Shown here in pieces: positions 8,428-19,000 of a stretch of DNA of 64,000 nucleotides; positions within the stretch are counted from its first letter, which is position 1, and the number at the start of each line of letters is the position of its first letter. The translations under genes and the position numbers were made by a program. Source of the stretch: Candidatus Gastranaerophilales bacterium (GTDB taxonomy: Bacteria; Cyanobacteriota; Vampirovibrionia; Gastranaerophilales; Gastranaerophilaceae); assembly GCA_947626225.1 (NCBI GenBank), contig CANQRH010000003.1:35363-99362 (forward strand). The letters are read 5' to 3'. The notes under the pieces were generated by a model. It was not told the origin of the DNA. It saw only the letters and a program-made list of their open reading frames with translations, and ran no database searches.

Positions 8428-8454
8428 TGTAGGTCGGATTTACTAATCCGACAA
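8428..8454 (-). repeat. palindromic intergenic repeat, copy 1 (inverted orientation)
   Basis: tgtaggtcggatttactaatccgacaa, with core hairpin GTCGGATT/AATCCGAC. Confidence 0.8.
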
Positions 8455-8550
8455 ATTAAGAAGCAATGGGGTATCTTAAAATTTTTGTGCAAGTATGCCC
8501 AACCTACATGCTAATTCCTGTCCTGAGATATTAAAAAGTCTTTTGAGTAT

Positions 8551-8586
8551 TTTAATATTGTCGGTTTGGTAAAATCGACCTACAAT
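8551..8586 (+). repeat. palindromic intergenic repeat, copy 2
   Basis: tttaatattgtcggtttggtaaaatcgacctacaat. Confidence 0.8.
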
Positions 8587-8607
8587 ATTGAATAATTATA
8601 CCGTATA

Positions 8608-8646
8608 TTTTGATATTGTCGGATTAGTAAATCCGACCTACAATAC
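8608..8646 (+). repeat. palindromic intergenic repeat, copy 3
   Basis: attttgatattgtcggattagtaaatccgacctacaatac. Confidence 0.8.
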
Positions 8647-8740
8647 TTTAACTACAATACTTTTACTTTATAAAAAAATTATTTTTTTATTGATTGTTTA
8701 CTTTTTTGTATTTTATTTCCGAAAATGATATAATATCTAT

Positions 8741-10177
8741 ATGCTTACATTTTTAACAGGAATATTAATTTTATTTTTTGGATATATCTTTTATTCAAGA
8801 TATACGCAGATTCAATTTGGCATTTCTGATGAAAAGACACCTGCCGAAAGAATTAATGACGGAGTTGATTTTGTTCCGTTGAGTGAAAATAAAAACATGC
8901 TTATACATCTGCTCAATATAGCAGGGTTAGGGCCTATATTAGGTGCTGTACAAGGAATATTATTCGGCCCTGTCGCTTTTATATTAATACCTTTAGGCTG
9001 TATTTTTATGGGCGGTGTCCATGATTATTTCAGCGGTATGCTTTCCGTACGTAATAACGGTGCTCAAATTACGGAATTAATTAAAAAATATTTAGGAGTG
9101 GGATATTACAGATTTTTTATAATAGTTGTATCCGTAATGCTCCTTCTTTTGGCTTCCGTGTTTGTTTATACGGCAGGTGACTTGATGTCTGAAAGATTTT
9201 TTAATCAAACGGATTTCTCTTTGTCTAATCCTATTGTTACTTCTATATATATTATTATTGCTTTATATTATATTTTTGCAGCTTTGTTCCCTATAGATAA
9301 AATAATCGGCAGATTCTATCCGGTTTTGGGCTTCTTATTACTTATCGGAACCGGACTTGTTTTAACGGGATTTTTTATCCACGGTATACAACTTGAAAAT
9401 ATTGATTTTGCTAATTTGAATAAACATCCTTCTTTAATACATATAATTCCGATGTTTTTTATGACAGTAAGCTGCGGATTGTTATCGGGATTTCATTCGA
9501 CGCAGTCTACTATAATTTCACGTACAATTAAAGATGAAAAACAAGGCAGGCATGTATTTTACGGTATGATGTGTGTTGAATCTTTAATAGCTATGATTTG
9601 GGCGGCTGCTTCTATGCATGTTTATTCTATGAATATTGTTCCTTCTAACCTTGTAGGAAGTGTTAATGTTATAAATACAATTGCCGATGTATTTGTATTC
9701 CCTTGTCTTGCCTTCATTGTAACAATTGCGGTGGTTGTTCTTCCTATTACTTCGGGGGATACTGCTCTTAGGGGACTTAGAATGATATTGGGCGAGGCTT
9801 TTAAAATGCCGCAGGTGAAAATAAAAAACAGATTGCTTATTATGATTCCTATTTCCTTGATAATTATTTCCGTTATCGTTTGGGCGAAATCGAATGCCGG
9901 CAGTTTCTCGGTTGTTTGGCGTTATTTTAACTTTGTTAATCAGTTAATAGCTATACCAACCTTTTTATATGCTACGGTTTATCTTTATAAAAATAAGAAA
10001 AATTGGTTGATGACTTTTATCCCCGGGCTTTTTTATATTTTTATAACCGTATTTTTTATTTTAAATTCAAAAATCGGATTTAATATTGATTATACTGTTT
10101 CTAAAATATGCGCAATAATCGTAACTTTAATTTCAATATTTGTAATTTATTTCGCAAAACTAAAGAAGCCTGAATAA
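8741..10177 (+). CDS. cstA: carbon starvation protein CstA-family transporter
   Basis: TPAERINDGVDFVP...NIAGLGPILGAVQG...GGVHDYFSG matches the CstA N-terminal signature. The protein is polytopic. Confidence 0.7.
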   Translation: MLTFLTGILILFFGYIFYSRYTQIQFGISDEKTPAERINDGVDFVPLSENKNMLIHLLNIAGLGPILGAVQGILFGPVAFILIPLGCIFMGGVHDYFSGMLSVRNNGAQITELIKKYLGVGYYRFFIIVVSVMLLLLASVFVYTAGDLMSERFFNQTDFSLSNPIVTSIYIIIALYYIFAALFPIDKIIGRFYPVLGFLLLIGTGLVLTGFFIHGIQLENIDFANLNKHPSLIHIIPMFFMTVSCGLLSGFHSTQSTIISRTIKDEKQGRHVFYGMMCVESLIAMIWAAASMHVYSMNIVPSNLVGSVNVINTIADVFVFPCLAFIVTIAVVVLPITSGDTALRGLRMILGEAFKMPQVKIKNRLLIMIPISLIIISVIVWAKSNAGSFSVVWRYFNFVNQLIAIPTFLYATVYLYKNKKNWLMTFIPGLFYIFITVFFILNSKIGFNIDYTVSKICAIIVTLISIFVIYFAKLKKPE

Positions 10178-10206
10178 TATTAAATCATATCTTTTAAAGC
10201 GTAGTA

Positions 10207-10243
10207 TTTTAATATTGTCGGTTTAGTAAAACCGACCTACAAA
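10207..10243 (+). repeat. palindromic intergenic repeat, copy 4
   Basis: ttttaatattgtcggtttagtaaaaccgacctacaaac. Confidence 0.8.
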
Positions 10244-10257
10244 CTCAGTACGATTGC

Positions 10258-11073
10258 TTAATCACATTTATGCTTACCGTTCCAACTTAAATTATTGCAT
10301 TTTAAATAATCCATATTTTCATTATAAATCACCCATGCACTGCAAGCCAAACCATTCTTAGTACCATTATTATTTCCAAGACAACTTCCCTCAAATGAAA
10401 ATGTTGTTTCGTTTGTTGTTCCACAAGGAATGATACTATGTTCGGTTAAATAAAACAGAAAAATATCTTTTGAATAAGTATTTGGTGGTTTTGTACCATT
10501 AACATCATAAACTATATTAGCGTAAACCCGGGATAATTCTCCGTTTCCGCGACTGCTCGCAGCAGCATTTGATAAAACGGAAGAAACAATACCTATTGAA
10601 CTTCCGTCGGCAAGCAATGTTGATGCGTATTTATCAAAGTTTTTATCTTCATCACCATTAAGATAATATACCTTTTCAAAACCGCATGCTGTATGATTTT
10701 TAGAGTTATTGCAAATATTCAGTTTTTTTACATTTTTTAAAACCCTGTCACGAATTAGTATTGCGTTTACTGCATTATATGTTTCTTCATTATCCCAATT
10801 TTCATCCACTCTTCCTGCATCCCTCCCTGTAATCCCCCATTCGCCTGCCGTTCCGTAATCCAAAATCGCAAGCTGATACGCATTAGATAAAGTAGTGTAC
10901 ATTTTTTTGACTTTTGAAACTATAACTTTCTCTTTGTAATCTGAAATTAAAGTCGGAATAGTCAAAGCTGCAACCACACCGATTATACCGAGTGTGATTA
11001 AGACCTCTGCTAAAGTAAATGCTGTCCTTGGGGTTAAATTGCAGCCTAAATAATGCTTACGGGGGGGGGGCAA
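10258..11073 (-). CDS. prepilin-type N-terminal domain protein (pilin/pseudopilin-like) with a poly-C tract at its 5' end
   Basis: FTLAEVLITLGIIGVVAALTIPTLI class-III signal and hydrophobic helix. The listed ORF starts at TTG with no SD. The SD/ATG at 11094-11108 is out of frame (see tract). Confidence 0.75.
   Translation of the reverse strand: MPPPRKHYLGCNLTPRTAFTLAEVLITLGIIGVVAALTIPTLISDYKEKVIVSKVKKMYTTLSNAYQLAILDYGTAGEWGITGRDAGRVDENWDNEETYNAVNAILIRDRVLKNVKKLNICNNSKNHTACGFEKVYYLNGDEDKNFDKYASTLLADGSSIGIVSSVLSNAAASSRGNGELSRVYANIVYDVNGTKPPNTYSKDIFLFYLTEHSIIPCGTTNETTFSFEGSCLGNNNGTKNGLACSAWVIYNENMDYLKCNNLSWNGKHKCD
11061..11070 (-). repeat. homopolymer C10 (G10 on the + strand) in the 5' coding region of the pilin-like gene
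   Basis: Minus strand reads ATG TTT AAG AAA ATT ATT TTC CAT TGC CCC CCC CCC GTA AGC ATT ATT TAG. C11 or C8 would join ATG 11096 to the pilin frame. Confidence 0.95.
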
Positions 11074-11130
11074 TGGAAAATAATTTTCTTAAACATATGT
11101 TTACCTCCGATTAACTGACTTTGTAAGATT

Positions 11131-11159
11131 ATTATATATTACTCTATGTGTTTTGTCAA
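11131..11159 (-). promoter_or_regulatory. exact-consensus sigma70 promoter TTGACA-N17-TATAAT for the pilin-like gene
   Basis: Minus strand TTGACA at 11159-11154 and TATAAT at 11136-11131. GGAGG SD at 11108-11104, 7 nt before ATG 11096. Confidence 0.6.
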
Positions 11160-11229
11160 GTAAAGAATCGATTTTGCATTTTGAAAAAAAGAATGTGCTG
11201 ATAGAATAATATTCCCCTAAAAATAATAA

Positions 11230-12813
11230 TTAAGTATTATATACGGATTTTACAAGTTCTTTTTTCTGTTTTTCAAGTTTGTTTTCTCTTGCTTTACCTC
11301 CGAGAAGCTGGTAAGCGCAAGCAGTCAAAGTTTCACTGCACCCCTGAGTTGTAAATGCGGCTGATGCTATCAGAGCGGACGGATGCGTAAGAAGTCCGGT
11401 TGCCCCGAGTGTAAATCCTAAGACGGGATCGCTTGTGGGACCGGTTGCTATACCATGCCACTTCCCGCTGTATGCCTCATACTTCATCATATTTTCATTT
11501 GCATTTTTAAAGGTATTATCTTCTTTATCAATAATATTCTTTTTAACCAATTTGTTTCCGTTTTGCCCGAATAAAAATCTGGTACCTGCCATAGATGCCC
11601 AGCTTGAACCTGATGTACAAGATGCTACAACCATACCGAAAAGTCCGGCCATTGCAGCGAATTTCCCGCCCTTAACCAGTCTTTTCCCGAGTGAGGGTGC
11701 AAAAGCTTTTCTTAAACGATTTACACGCTCAAGAGTTCCGGCGTTTTTTGCCGCTTCCAAACGGTAATTTTTTACGAATCTTCTGGCTTTTAAAACATCT
11801 CTTGCATTTTCATATGTACCTGCAATCATAAAGCTTGTACCGATTCCGGCAATAGCACTTATTGCGGCGAGAATGCCGGCTTTTGCATTACCGAAACATT
11901 CCTTATCCTGAAAATAATCCTTTGCGGCGCCGGACATATCATCAACACTTCCGCTTAAAGTACTTAACAGTATTGGTGCAACGGAAAGCAGTAATGCCAT
12001 ACCTTTCTTGCCCTTAATCCTTGATTTAATATCGCTGAACGGATTTACCCAGCCTATTTTCATTTTGCTTAATTCTTTTTGCTCGGCTAATAACTGTGCC
12101 GGATTGTGAAGTGCTGCCTTTCTTTCTTTGTATGAAGATAATACTTCTTTTACACCGAGTATTCCCAAAACGGAAAGAAGAAGCGGAACTACTTTCTTAG
12201 AATCATTCCCCGCATCTGACAATTCCAAATGCTCCAGTTCACCCTGCGCAAATTTTAATGTATTATCTTTTAAATCTTTATTTTCCTGCTTTATAAACTC
12301 CGCCAAATCCGGTGAAATTTCATTCAATTCATCAAGAGTATTCTCATCAGGATTGAGAATATCATAAGTTTTATTCTGATAGCTTAAAGTTACATTATAA
12401 TAGTTATCAAACAACTCCTTTAATTTTAAGATTTTTTGTTTTTCTTCATCAGATATTTTCATTTTCCCGACTCTGTCGGCCACGGCTGCTTTGTCCTGAG
12501 AAAGCAGTTTGAACATATCTTTAACTCTTGCTCCGTAAATATTAACCCTGACAAATTTTAATAATTGTTTGAATTCCTCCGAATATTCTTTCGGGCTTGA
12601 TACATTGATAGAGGCACCTTCAGGAAGAACACTGCCGGCCTTTCCTTCCAGATATTCTTTCAAGAACATATTTGATTTGCCGTTAGTTTCGTATTCTCCG
12701 ATATCACTAAAGTCAAACAATAATTCGTTCCCGACTTGTGAATTATTTTTGCTGCCTGATATTTGGGTACGCTCAATATTACAAGACGGCGTACCGTCTA
12801 TCTTTATTGACAT
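11230..12813 (-). CDS. hypothetical membrane protein with Gly/Ala/Ser-rich hydrophobic segments, divergent from the giant gene
   Basis: Soluble N-terminal half, then segments such as VVPLLLSVLGILGV, GMALLLSVAPILLSTLSG, GILAAISAIAGIGTSFMIAG and FAAMAGLFGMVVASC. Confidence 0.6.
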   Translation of the reverse strand: MSIKIDGTPSCNIERTQISGSKNNSQVGNELLFDFSDIGEYETNGKSNMFLKEYLEGKAGSVLPEGASINVSSPKEYSEEFKQLLKFVRVNIYGARVKDMFKLLSQDKAAVADRVGKMKISDEEKQKILKLKELFDNYYNVTLSYQNKTYDILNPDENTLDELNEISPDLAEFIKQENKDLKDNTLKFAQGELEHLELSDAGNDSKKVVPLLLSVLGILGVKEVLSSYKERKAALHNPAQLLAEQKELSKMKIGWVNPFSDIKSRIKGKKGMALLLSVAPILLSTLSGSVDDMSGAAKDYFQDKECFGNAKAGILAAISAIAGIGTSFMIAGTYENARDVLKARRFVKNYRLEAAKNAGTLERVNRLRKAFAPSLGKRLVKGGKFAAMAGLFGMVVASCTSGSSWASMAGTRFLFGQNGNKLVKKNIIDKEDNTFKNANENMMKYEAYSGKWHGIATGPTSDPVLGFTLGATGLLTHPSALIASAAFTTQGCSETLTACAYQLLGGKARENKLEKQKKELVKSVYNT

Positions 12814-13014
12814 GACTATTTCCCCTTTTAAATTTTCCCCGTATATTTAATAAAAAAATTTTTTAATAAAAAAATTGCCTAAAAAATATTGTAATATTAA
12901 AAATTGTAAATATTTTTTTAAAATTTTTAAAGTTTTTTCAAAAAAGAGTCGATAAACAAATATATATCACCCACAAATTGATGTATGAATAGTAAAAAAT
13001 AGAAGGTAAAGAAA

Positions 13015-16000
13015 ATGGGATTCGACGACTTTTTTATAAGCAGTAACGGTAAAAAGGAACAGTTGAATAATGCAAAACATGGTGTACGAAGAGAACAGGT
13101 TGACAAAAAGTTCCACAATCTATTTGATGCATATGATATGAATGGTGACGGAACACTTGAAAGCGAAGAATTAGGCGGAGTATTTAAAGGTTTAACGAAA
13201 TATGCGGGATCAGATAAAACGCTTGATTGTACGGAAAATAAACAAGTTGCAAATCTTTTTGTAACTCAAGCAGGCATAGAAGATGCAGACTTTATGGGAT
13301 TTGTCCGTTCAGTTACGCAAGCGGCAGAAGATATTGTTGATTCAAAAGAGACCCCAACCGCTGACGGCGGGAAAGAAGTGACAACAAGATACAAAGACGG
13401 CACAGTCGAGACAATTTCTTATTATCCTGACGGGGGATACAAATTCAAAAAGTTGGAGCAAAAAGGTTCAACAACAACTAATTATTATACAATAGGTAAT
13501 AATTTAGATAAACATTATACTGTTGATGAGATAGAAAGCAGAGTAAAGGAAGCATACGACAGACGTGTTGCGGAAATAAAACAACAAGCTAAACAAAATT
13601 CGGGAATAGAAGGTCGTGGCATTATTCCAATTATACCGAACTATGAAGAATTTAAAAAAGGATATTTGCAGCACTTCAATATTAATTTGGGTAGTGACAC
13701 AAGGAACTTTGAAAGGCACGATTTTGAATTATCCGAACGAGGAAAGTCAGACATAGCGGTTCGTGATTTTGTATTAAATCACTATGTGGAAACGCACAAA
13801 GCTGCTCAAGCAGCACTTGAGTCAATGGGTATTTTAGACGATGTCGGTGCGGCAATAAATGCGGGAGCCGGTGAACTATGGAATACCATTAAAAATGTAT
13901 GGAAAGGAACAGACGAAGAATACCAAAACTTTTATGAATTATCTAAAAAATTTGAGCCGAACTACAACAAAGCATTAAGAGAAAGCGGCAGCTTGGATGT
14001 AATGAGAAGTAAACCCGAAATGTATTTCAGGGATTTTGAAACTGATTTCAAAAAAGATATGGGTCGGCAATACAATTTAGAAAATTCAGTTCAATTCCAA
14101 CAAAGTGCAGAACGATACCAAAATGCTCAAATATTGAAACAGAGAATTGATATTTTAAACAAAGCAATGCAAGAGATTAGGATGTATCAATCAGAGCAAG
14201 ATGCACTGACTTATGCACCGGCCCAAAATGAAGGCTTAAATCCTGCAAGTCATATTATAAGTGCGAACAAATTACTTTTACAATATTTTGATAACGATCA
14301 GGAAGCTGTAGATATGCTTCTTAACGGAGCGATAGGGAATACTCAATCCGTAATAACAGCGATAAAAGGTCTTGCATCAGATACACAGAAGATGTTTGAT
14401 TCGGTAACAGGCGGTAAAAGTTTTGATGAAATAAAGAATGATTACCAAACACAATACAGAGGGATATACGGAACGGATTTAGTACCGGACGAACTGACAG
14501 AAAAAGTAATGGATGCGAAAGCCACGGGTGGGATGTTAAAACTGGCGGCAATAACCGTAATATCCGTTTTAATTACAAAGAGTCCCGTAATGGCAGAGCT
14601 TTCAGCGGCTGCAGGGAGTGCGGAAGCAACGGGAGCGGCGGCAAATTTAGTGAGAACTCTGGTTACAAAATATGGTCAAACGGCAGTACAACAGGGTATA
14701 AAATTTGCAATGACCAGCGGAACTCTGGCCACGGATGTTGGATTGACTTTATTAAACCAGGCAACAAGTGAACGCGGCATAAATGGTGAAGAACTATGGG
14801 AAAGTACCAAAGGTTCAGCCAAATATATATTCTTTGGTGCATATGTAGGTGCGCCTTTGGCACAAGGAGTTTCAAAGGCTCTCGGAAAGGTAGGAGCAAC
14901 CGGAAGATTATTTGAAGGCGGGACAAAAACAGCCAACGGGGCAATTCAAACAACAAGCATCACGGGAGATAAATTAATACAAAACTTTATGAAAGGCGGC
15001 AATAAAGTTCTGACAACAGGCGGTGCGTTTTTGACGGATGTAGCGGCATTTACGGGTTTAGAAGTAGCAACAGAGGGAGCGAATTTAAAAGATGCCCTTT
15101 CAGAACAGGGACAAATGCTTTCTAAGTTAAAATTAATGAACCACGTATTAGAATATATGCTTGGTGCTAAAGCTCATACTGCAACATCGAGAGCAAATAT
15201 AGATGCGGCAATTGAGAAATCCGGAGTAAAGAATTGGAATATAAAAGAGATAAAGACACCGCAAAATACTCAATATGTAGTAGATATAGACGGATTACCG
15301 GTGGGTAAATTTGAAGATGCAAACCAACTAGCTGCGGCAATGCTTGAAAGAGTAACTGCAAACTTTAAAACACCACAGTCATATGAATTAAATGATAAAC
15401 CTGATGAACCGATAGCGGAAGTTAAGCCTGAAACAACACAAACAACGACTGAATCTCATATAGATGCAAATGGCAGATTAGAGAAAGGCTATATTATAGA
15501 TAAGAGAAGCAATCAACCGATAAAAGTTGATACGGAAAATCTTCAAATTGAAAAGAACTCAGCAGTACAAGGCAAAGTTGGTTTTATTAGTATAAGTGAT
15601 AAATTTGGTAATTCTCTGGGAAGTGTTTCATATAACTTAGTGGAAGTTGATGGGCAGAAATCTCTACATTTTGAAGGTTTAGTTTCTAATGTAGAGGGTG
15701 CCGGAATTGGAAGCAGATTAATCCAGGAGTTAACGTTAGTAAGCAGAGACCTGGGTGCAGAAGGCAGATTAACTGCAAGTGCAAGTCCATCGGCTAATAG
15801 GGGTGGTAAACTTACAAATATTGAATTCTATTATAAATTAGGATTTAAAGCTGTTGATCCTGCTAAGGATGCAGCTATCAGAGAATATATAGAAAGAGGT
15901 GAAGAGGTTCCTCTTCAACTTAATATATTTACCGATATTGAGCTAAATCCTAAATTCTCAAAAATTAACAAAATAAAAGGTATTGATGAATTTTCTTCAC

Positions 16001-19000
16001 TGGTTACGAACTGCAAAAATCTAAGTGACGAAGATTTAAGCAATTTGTATATTTATTACAAAAATTACGAACAAGAATGTATCAAGAATAATGAACAAAT
16101 TCCGGACATGAAACAATCCGGCTTTGACAAGTTGATGGAAGAGATTAATGCCAGAAAAATTGACATAAAAGATTTGACCAATCCTGCGGTTGAGCCGCCG
16201 AAAACAGGAGTAAAAACTGAAGTAAAAGAAGATAAGCCTGTTGCCCGAATAAATACGGGTGCATCTGAAATGCAAGAAGCTGAAATGATAAAAAGATATA
16301 ATGAGTTACAGGAAGAATCACAAAAAACAGGAGTGGTTAGCGAAGAATTACTTGCTCTTACATTGGAACTGAATGACAAAGGATATCATTTTAAAGATGG
16401 AAAATTAGATTTTAGTTATAATGAAAATCAAACAAATATGCCGAATTCTGATGTTTCAAAAGCAGAATTTATAAAAAAATTAAAAGAATACGGTATTGAT
16501 GAAATAGCTCTTGAATCCCTTGAATATAATGTAAATCGTATCAATATGAATCTTTTAAATGAGTTAAAAGATTCTCCTGAACTTTTAAATTCAACTTTTG
16601 GAGTTAATATACTTTGTGATGTAAAACCTGAAGATGAGCCGGCAAAAATTGAGGCATTTAAGCTGCTTAAAGATGTTGAGTTATTATCTCCCGACGCAAA
16701 AATTTTAATGATTAATAAAGCCCGAAAAGATAACTTGGATGCCGTTAAACAAAATATTGAAGATTTCAATTATATTAAAGCGTCAGGTATAGATCCGTCA
16801 TTAATTTCCGAATACGGACTTGCTATGACAGTAGATAATATGCATTTTAATCGGGAAATGTTTGATTTACTGAAAGACAATGCAGAATTTGCGGATAAAC
16901 CTTACCTGTCTTTTAACGTAAATCCGGAGGATATTCCCGCAAAGACTGAAATTTATAATTCATTAAAAGACAACAGTTCTTGTCCTATTGAACAGAAAGT
17001 TTCTATTCTTAAAAGATGCAATAAAGACAATTTATCCAAAATAAAAATGGTTGAATCGTACAGAGCCGATGGAATGAATGAACGCTCATTAAAAAATTTA
17101 TATAAGAAATTAGATGATATTGACGAGAATACATTAGCCGCTGTTAAGGATAATGCAAGTTTACTCGATTACTATGAAGTTTCAGATATTATGGACATTA
17201 AACCTGAAGATTTATCTGCAAAAGCGAAAATCGCATCAGAGATGTTCTTATTTTCATTAAAACAAGATAGTAAAATAGCTCAAGAATTAATCAAACAGAC
17301 AACTAAAGATAATATTGAAACAATCCGCAAAAAAATGGAGATGATACAAGCATTTTCTCCATTTACAATAACACAATACGGTTTTGTAAAAAATGATGTA
17401 ATTAGTGACATTCAAAACGGTTCTATTGATGTTGATGTTGTATCAGATTTATTTAAAACAATTAAAAATGATACTGAATTATTAAAATCCATTTCTTCAA
17501 ACAAAGATTTAAAAATTCTTAAAGGTGTAACCGCTGAAGATGTAAAAGCTAAAAAAGAAATGTACGACTTTATGTTATCACAAGCTGAAAAAAGAATGTC
17601 GAATAGTAAATCTAATCTTTCAAACTTAGACAAAGCAGATATACTAAGCAGAGTTACACGAGATAATATAGCTGAAATTAAAGAAGAAATTTCTCTGGAT
17701 TATAGAATTGCTGAGGCTAAAAGCTTGGAAGAACCGCAATTCACACAAAAAGAAGAGCTTTTGCGTAAAAATAAATTAAGAACAATAAATGAAAGTATTG
17801 ATTTGCAGCAACATTTATCATTTGATGAGAAAAATCAAATAAAAGCATTATTTGAAAATGCCAAAACAATGGAAGAATTGGATGCTAAAAGTAATGCATA
17901 TACAGCTATAGTAAATAAAGGAGATGGATATTTATGGTCATTAGGTGATCTTCCAAAAACATTGGATGCAATAAAAATTAAAGAACAAGCAGATGTTATT
18001 GATGCCATTGGAATAGATAACACAAGTTATTTTGACGGTATTTTATCCGAAAATTTTGCAAGAAATTATAAATACTTAAAACAAGTTGATTCTTCATTTA
18101 GACCTGTAGGAGCAGGTATATTCAATCGTTATGCACATTATTTAAAATTTGATGATATTAAATCACAAGAAGAATTTGAAATGTTTAAAGAACTTTGGAA
18201 TGATCCAAAAATTAATAATAGTTCAGTAATATCCCGAATTGTTTCTGATAAAAATAAATATAATGCATACAAAAAGCTTGCATCACATCCTGATTATTTA
18301 AGAATGAATAACGAAGATATCTCTCTTGTTATCAACGCCATCCTACACGGTAAAGTTTCGGATATAACTGATGTTAACAGTATGGCTAAAGATTTAAGAA
18401 TACAAAACATACAAAGCGAATTAAAAGAATACAGATATGATTTGACTCGTGAGAGATACAATTGGGAGAGCCCCGCAACTGAAGAAGACATACAAGGTTT
18501 AACCGGTACTTTCCCTAATTTGAATAGAGCAAAATTTGAAAATTATACAGGAAATACTGTTAAGACTATTCGGGAAGTAATTCAACGTAATACAAATCTT
18601 TCCTTCAACGAAATTGAATCTGTATTAAACAGTGATGTTGATTTTTCAAACTGTGATAAACGTGATTATGTATTGAGCAAATGCTCTCCTGAAATTGCAT
18701 TTAGATTAGCATTCTGTAAAGATGAAGATTTTAATAAAGTTGTAGATGTTCTTGAAAAACGTCCTGAAATGCTTTTAGAAAAATTTGACAGTTCAAGTTT
18801 TGATAAAATGCTCAAAATGTCAGACAAAGAATGGGAAAACTTTAAAGTTTCAATCAAAGACAGAGGTGAAACTGAATTTAACGAAGCTCAATATGCCGCA
18901 GATATTCAGGCTAAGTTAGATGCAGGCTTTGAGCTTGATATGAGTACATACAGAACAATTGAGAGACAAAGAAGATTAGAAGCAAACAGCAGATTAGGCG

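Noticed and set aside
8428-8646. Possible CRISPR array, suggested by repeated palindromic units of about 30 bp
   Set aside because: Only three local copies exist, with irregular spacing (about 100 and about 25 bp), and one is inverted. The units are imperfect, and no cas genes or leader are present. It behaves like a REP-type repeat instead.
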